Shown here piece by piece: positions 61,583 to 64,000 of a DNA stretch of 64,000 nucleotides. The stretch comes from Lysobacter sp. (GTDB lineage: Bacteria; Pseudomonadota; Gammaproteobacteria; Xanthomonadales; Xanthomonadaceae), in assembly GCA_050737755.1 (NCBI GenBank), contig JBOHYC010000155.1:1401-65400 (forward strand), in the 5' to 3' direction. The position numbers were made by a program, and so were the translations under genes. Under the pieces are notes generated by a model. It ran no database searches. It worked only from the letters and a program-made list of their open reading frames with translations, and was not told the DNA's origin. How positions within the stretch are numbered: position 1 is the stretch's first letter; every line of letters begins with the position of its first letter.

Positions 61583-63314
61583 TGGAGGACTCCGCAGTAC
61601 GCAGTCCGTGCGCCGGGACGCGGCAAAGCTGCTGGATCGCCTCGAGTGCAGGCGGCTTGACGAGGTGCTCGTCGAACCCCGCCGCGTGCGTCCGGCGGCG
61701 GTCCTCGGGTTGGCCCCAGCCGGTCACAGCGACGATCGAGACGTTTCCCATCCCTGGCAGTGCACGCAGCCGGGGAGCGAGCTCGTAGCCACTCAGCCCC
61801 GGCATGCCGACGTCGAGGAAGACGATCTCGGGGCGGAACGCCTCGACATCCGGGAGCACCGCATGCGGGTCGTACAGGCGCCGCACATCGTGGCCGAGCA
61901 TCTCGATCATCATGGCCAAGGTATCGGCTGCGTCGCGGTTGTCGTCGACCACCAGCACGCGGCGGCGGGTCGTCTCGCCGACATCCACCGGAGGCGCCGC
62001 CGCGGGTTCCGGCACGCAACTCGGTTGCTGCAGCGGAAGCGCGACCGTAAACGTAGCCCCATGCCCCATGCCGTCGCTGCTGACCGACACCTGCCCACCG
62101 TGCATTTCCGCCAGCCGGCGCACCAGGGTCAGGCCGATGCCGAGCCCGCCGTGGGTCCGGTCGACCGAGGTTTCCACCTGCGAGAACATCTCGAAGATAC
62201 GGTTGACCTGGTCGGCCTCGAGACCGATGCCGGTATCGCGAACCTGCACCTCGACCCGTCCGTCCCGCACGCGTGCACAAAGTTCGATATGGCCGTGCGG
62301 GTCGGAATACTTGGCTGCGTTGTTGAGCAGGTTGGCGAAGATCTGCGACAGCCGCGCCTGGTCGGCAACCAGCTGCACCGGATGATCCGGCAGATCCACC
62401 ACGAGTTCATGCTCACCCTGCTCGATCGACGGGCGCGCGATCTCGATCGCCGAGTCGACGATCTCCTGCAGCGATGTCGGGTGCTTGCGCAAGGTCAGCT
62501 TGGCCTGGCTGATCCGGGCGATATCCAGCAGGTCGTCGATCAGCCGCACCAGCAAGCCCAGTTGTCGCTCCATCAGCGACTGCAGCCCGTCATCGGCGGG
62601 GCCGGACAGGCGGCGGATGCCCAGCGCGTTCTGCAACGGAGCCAGCGGATTGCGCAGCTCGTGGGCCAGCGTGGCGAGGAACTCGTCCTTGCGCCGGTCC
62701 GCCTCGCGCAACAGCTTCTCGACCCGGTTGCGTTCGGCTATTTCGTCCTGCAGCGCGACGTTCTGGGCACCGAGGGCGGCGTTGGCATCACGCAGCGACT
62801 CGTTCAGGACCGCAAGCTCACGGGCCTGCTCAACGTGCAACGCCTGATTGGCGGCCGCGAGTTTGGCGTTGGTGTCCTCAAGTTCACGGCGCTTGCGATA
62901 CAGCTCGGCCAGCACCACCACCTTGGTCCGCAAGATCTCGGGGATCACCGGAACCATCACATAATCGACCGCGCCGAGCTTGTAGCCACGCAGGCGGTCC
63001 ATGTCGGTGACGTTGACCGCGGTGACGAAGATGATCGGCGTCTTCTCGAATCGCGGGTGCTGGTGGATCATGCTCGCGGTCTCGAACCCGTCCATCTCGG
63101 GCATGTTGACGTCGAGCAGGATCACCGCGTAATCGTCATTCATCAGGCGCCGCAGCGCCTCGATACCGGAGTTGGCCTCGACCAGTTCCTCGCCCAGCGG
63201 TTCGAGGATCGCCCGATAGGTCAGCAACCGGCCCGGCTGGTCATCGACCAGCAGGATCTTGACCGGTGCTTCGACCGCACCGGCCTGGCTGGCAATGTTC
63301 AGCGGTGCAACCAC
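61575..63314 (-). CDS. Hybrid histidine kinase REC-HisKA-HATPase-REC (~579 aa)
   Basis: ILLVDD, LLDVNMP, LAHELRNPL, NLLNNAAKY, GLGIGL, VLVVDDN; likely GTG start with GGAG RBS. Confidence 0.9.
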
Positions 63315-64000
63315 TGGCGCAACACTCCGAGCAATTGGTCGGTGACGACCGGTTTGGCCAGGTAGTCCGATGCCCCCGCCTCCAGGCACTTTTCGCGGTC
63401 GCCCTTCATCGCCTTGGCGGTGACTGCGACGATCGGCAGGGCACGCGATTCCGGCCGTTCACGGATCGCCCGCATGGTCTGGTAGCCATCCATGCCGGGC
63501 ATCATGATGTCCATCAGCACCAGCGCGATCTCCTCGTCAGCGGCGACCTTCTCGATCGCTTCCTGGCCGGTGCCGGCGGTCACCACGTCCATCCCGTGCC
63601 GCTCCAGCACGCTGGACATCGCGAAGATGTTGCGCACGTCGTCATCCACCACCAGCACGCGCTTTGCGCGCAGTGCATCGTCGGATTCGTGCAGGCTCTG
63701 GACCATGCGCTGCTTGGCCGCCGGCAGGTCGGCGATGACCCGGTGCAGGAACAGCGCGGTTTCATCCAGCAAGCGCTCGGGCGACTCCACGCCCTTGATC
63801 ACCACGCTCTTGGCGGCCTTCCGCAGGCGTCGATCGTCCTCGGCAGTGAGGTCCTTGCCGGTGAACACCACCACCGGCACGTCGCACAACGCCGGCTCGG
63901 ACTGGATCCGGTCGAGCAGCTCGAAACCGCTCATGTCAGGGAGGCGCAGGTCGAGGACGACACAGTCGTATGGTTGCGCCTTCATCGACTCCAGCGCCCC
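63299..64000 (-). CDS. C-terminal tandem receiver domains of a large hybrid kinase (5' partial)
   Basis: VVLDLRLPDMSG and VLVVDDD..LMDIMMPGMDG..KP receiver motifs. Confidence 0.9.
   Translation of the reverse strand, partial: GALESMKAQPYDCVVLDLRLPDMSGFELLDRIQSEPALCDVPVVVFTGKDLTAEDDRRLRKAAKSVVIKGVESPERLLDETALFLHRVIADLPAAKQRMVQSLHESDDALRAKRVLVVDDDVRNIFAMSSVLERHGMDVVTAGTGQEAIEKVAADEEIALVLMDIMMPGMDGYQTMRAIRERPESRALPIVAVTAKAMKGDREKCLEAGASDYLAKPVVTDQLLGVLRQWLHR

Overview
Positions 1 to about 60143 are the right-hand ~60 kb of a temperate prophage in a high-GC bacterium, probably Lysobacteraceae/Xanthomonadaceae (inferred from the flanking genes and the tmRNA acceptor stem). It is integrated at the 3' end of tmRNA: the att remnant is at ~60110-60143, next to a tyrosine integrase. 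The left attachment site is outside the window. The minus strand carries a podovirus-like late region: lysis genes, fibre-like genes, TerS/TerL, portal, scaffold, an N4-gp56-type capsid, tail proteins, ejection proteins and a 3582-aa polyvalent virion protein. It also carries the replication and Q-like genes. A cI/cro switch lies at ~48.5-49.2 kb, and the plus-strand early operon runs to xis/int. Host two-component genes follow the att site. Most interesting observations: (1) a CsrA-fold-like gene directly upstream of tandem CsrA-site-like hairpins in the capsid leader, plus GGA-loop hairpin arrays in the late leader; (2) a single-TM PAS-domain protein in the holin position; (3) a cassette of putative nucleotide-signal sponges splitting the two spanin genes; (4) an antisense gene with its own apparent promoter nested inside the giant polyvalent gene. 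All family calls come from motif recognition by eye; no database searches were run.
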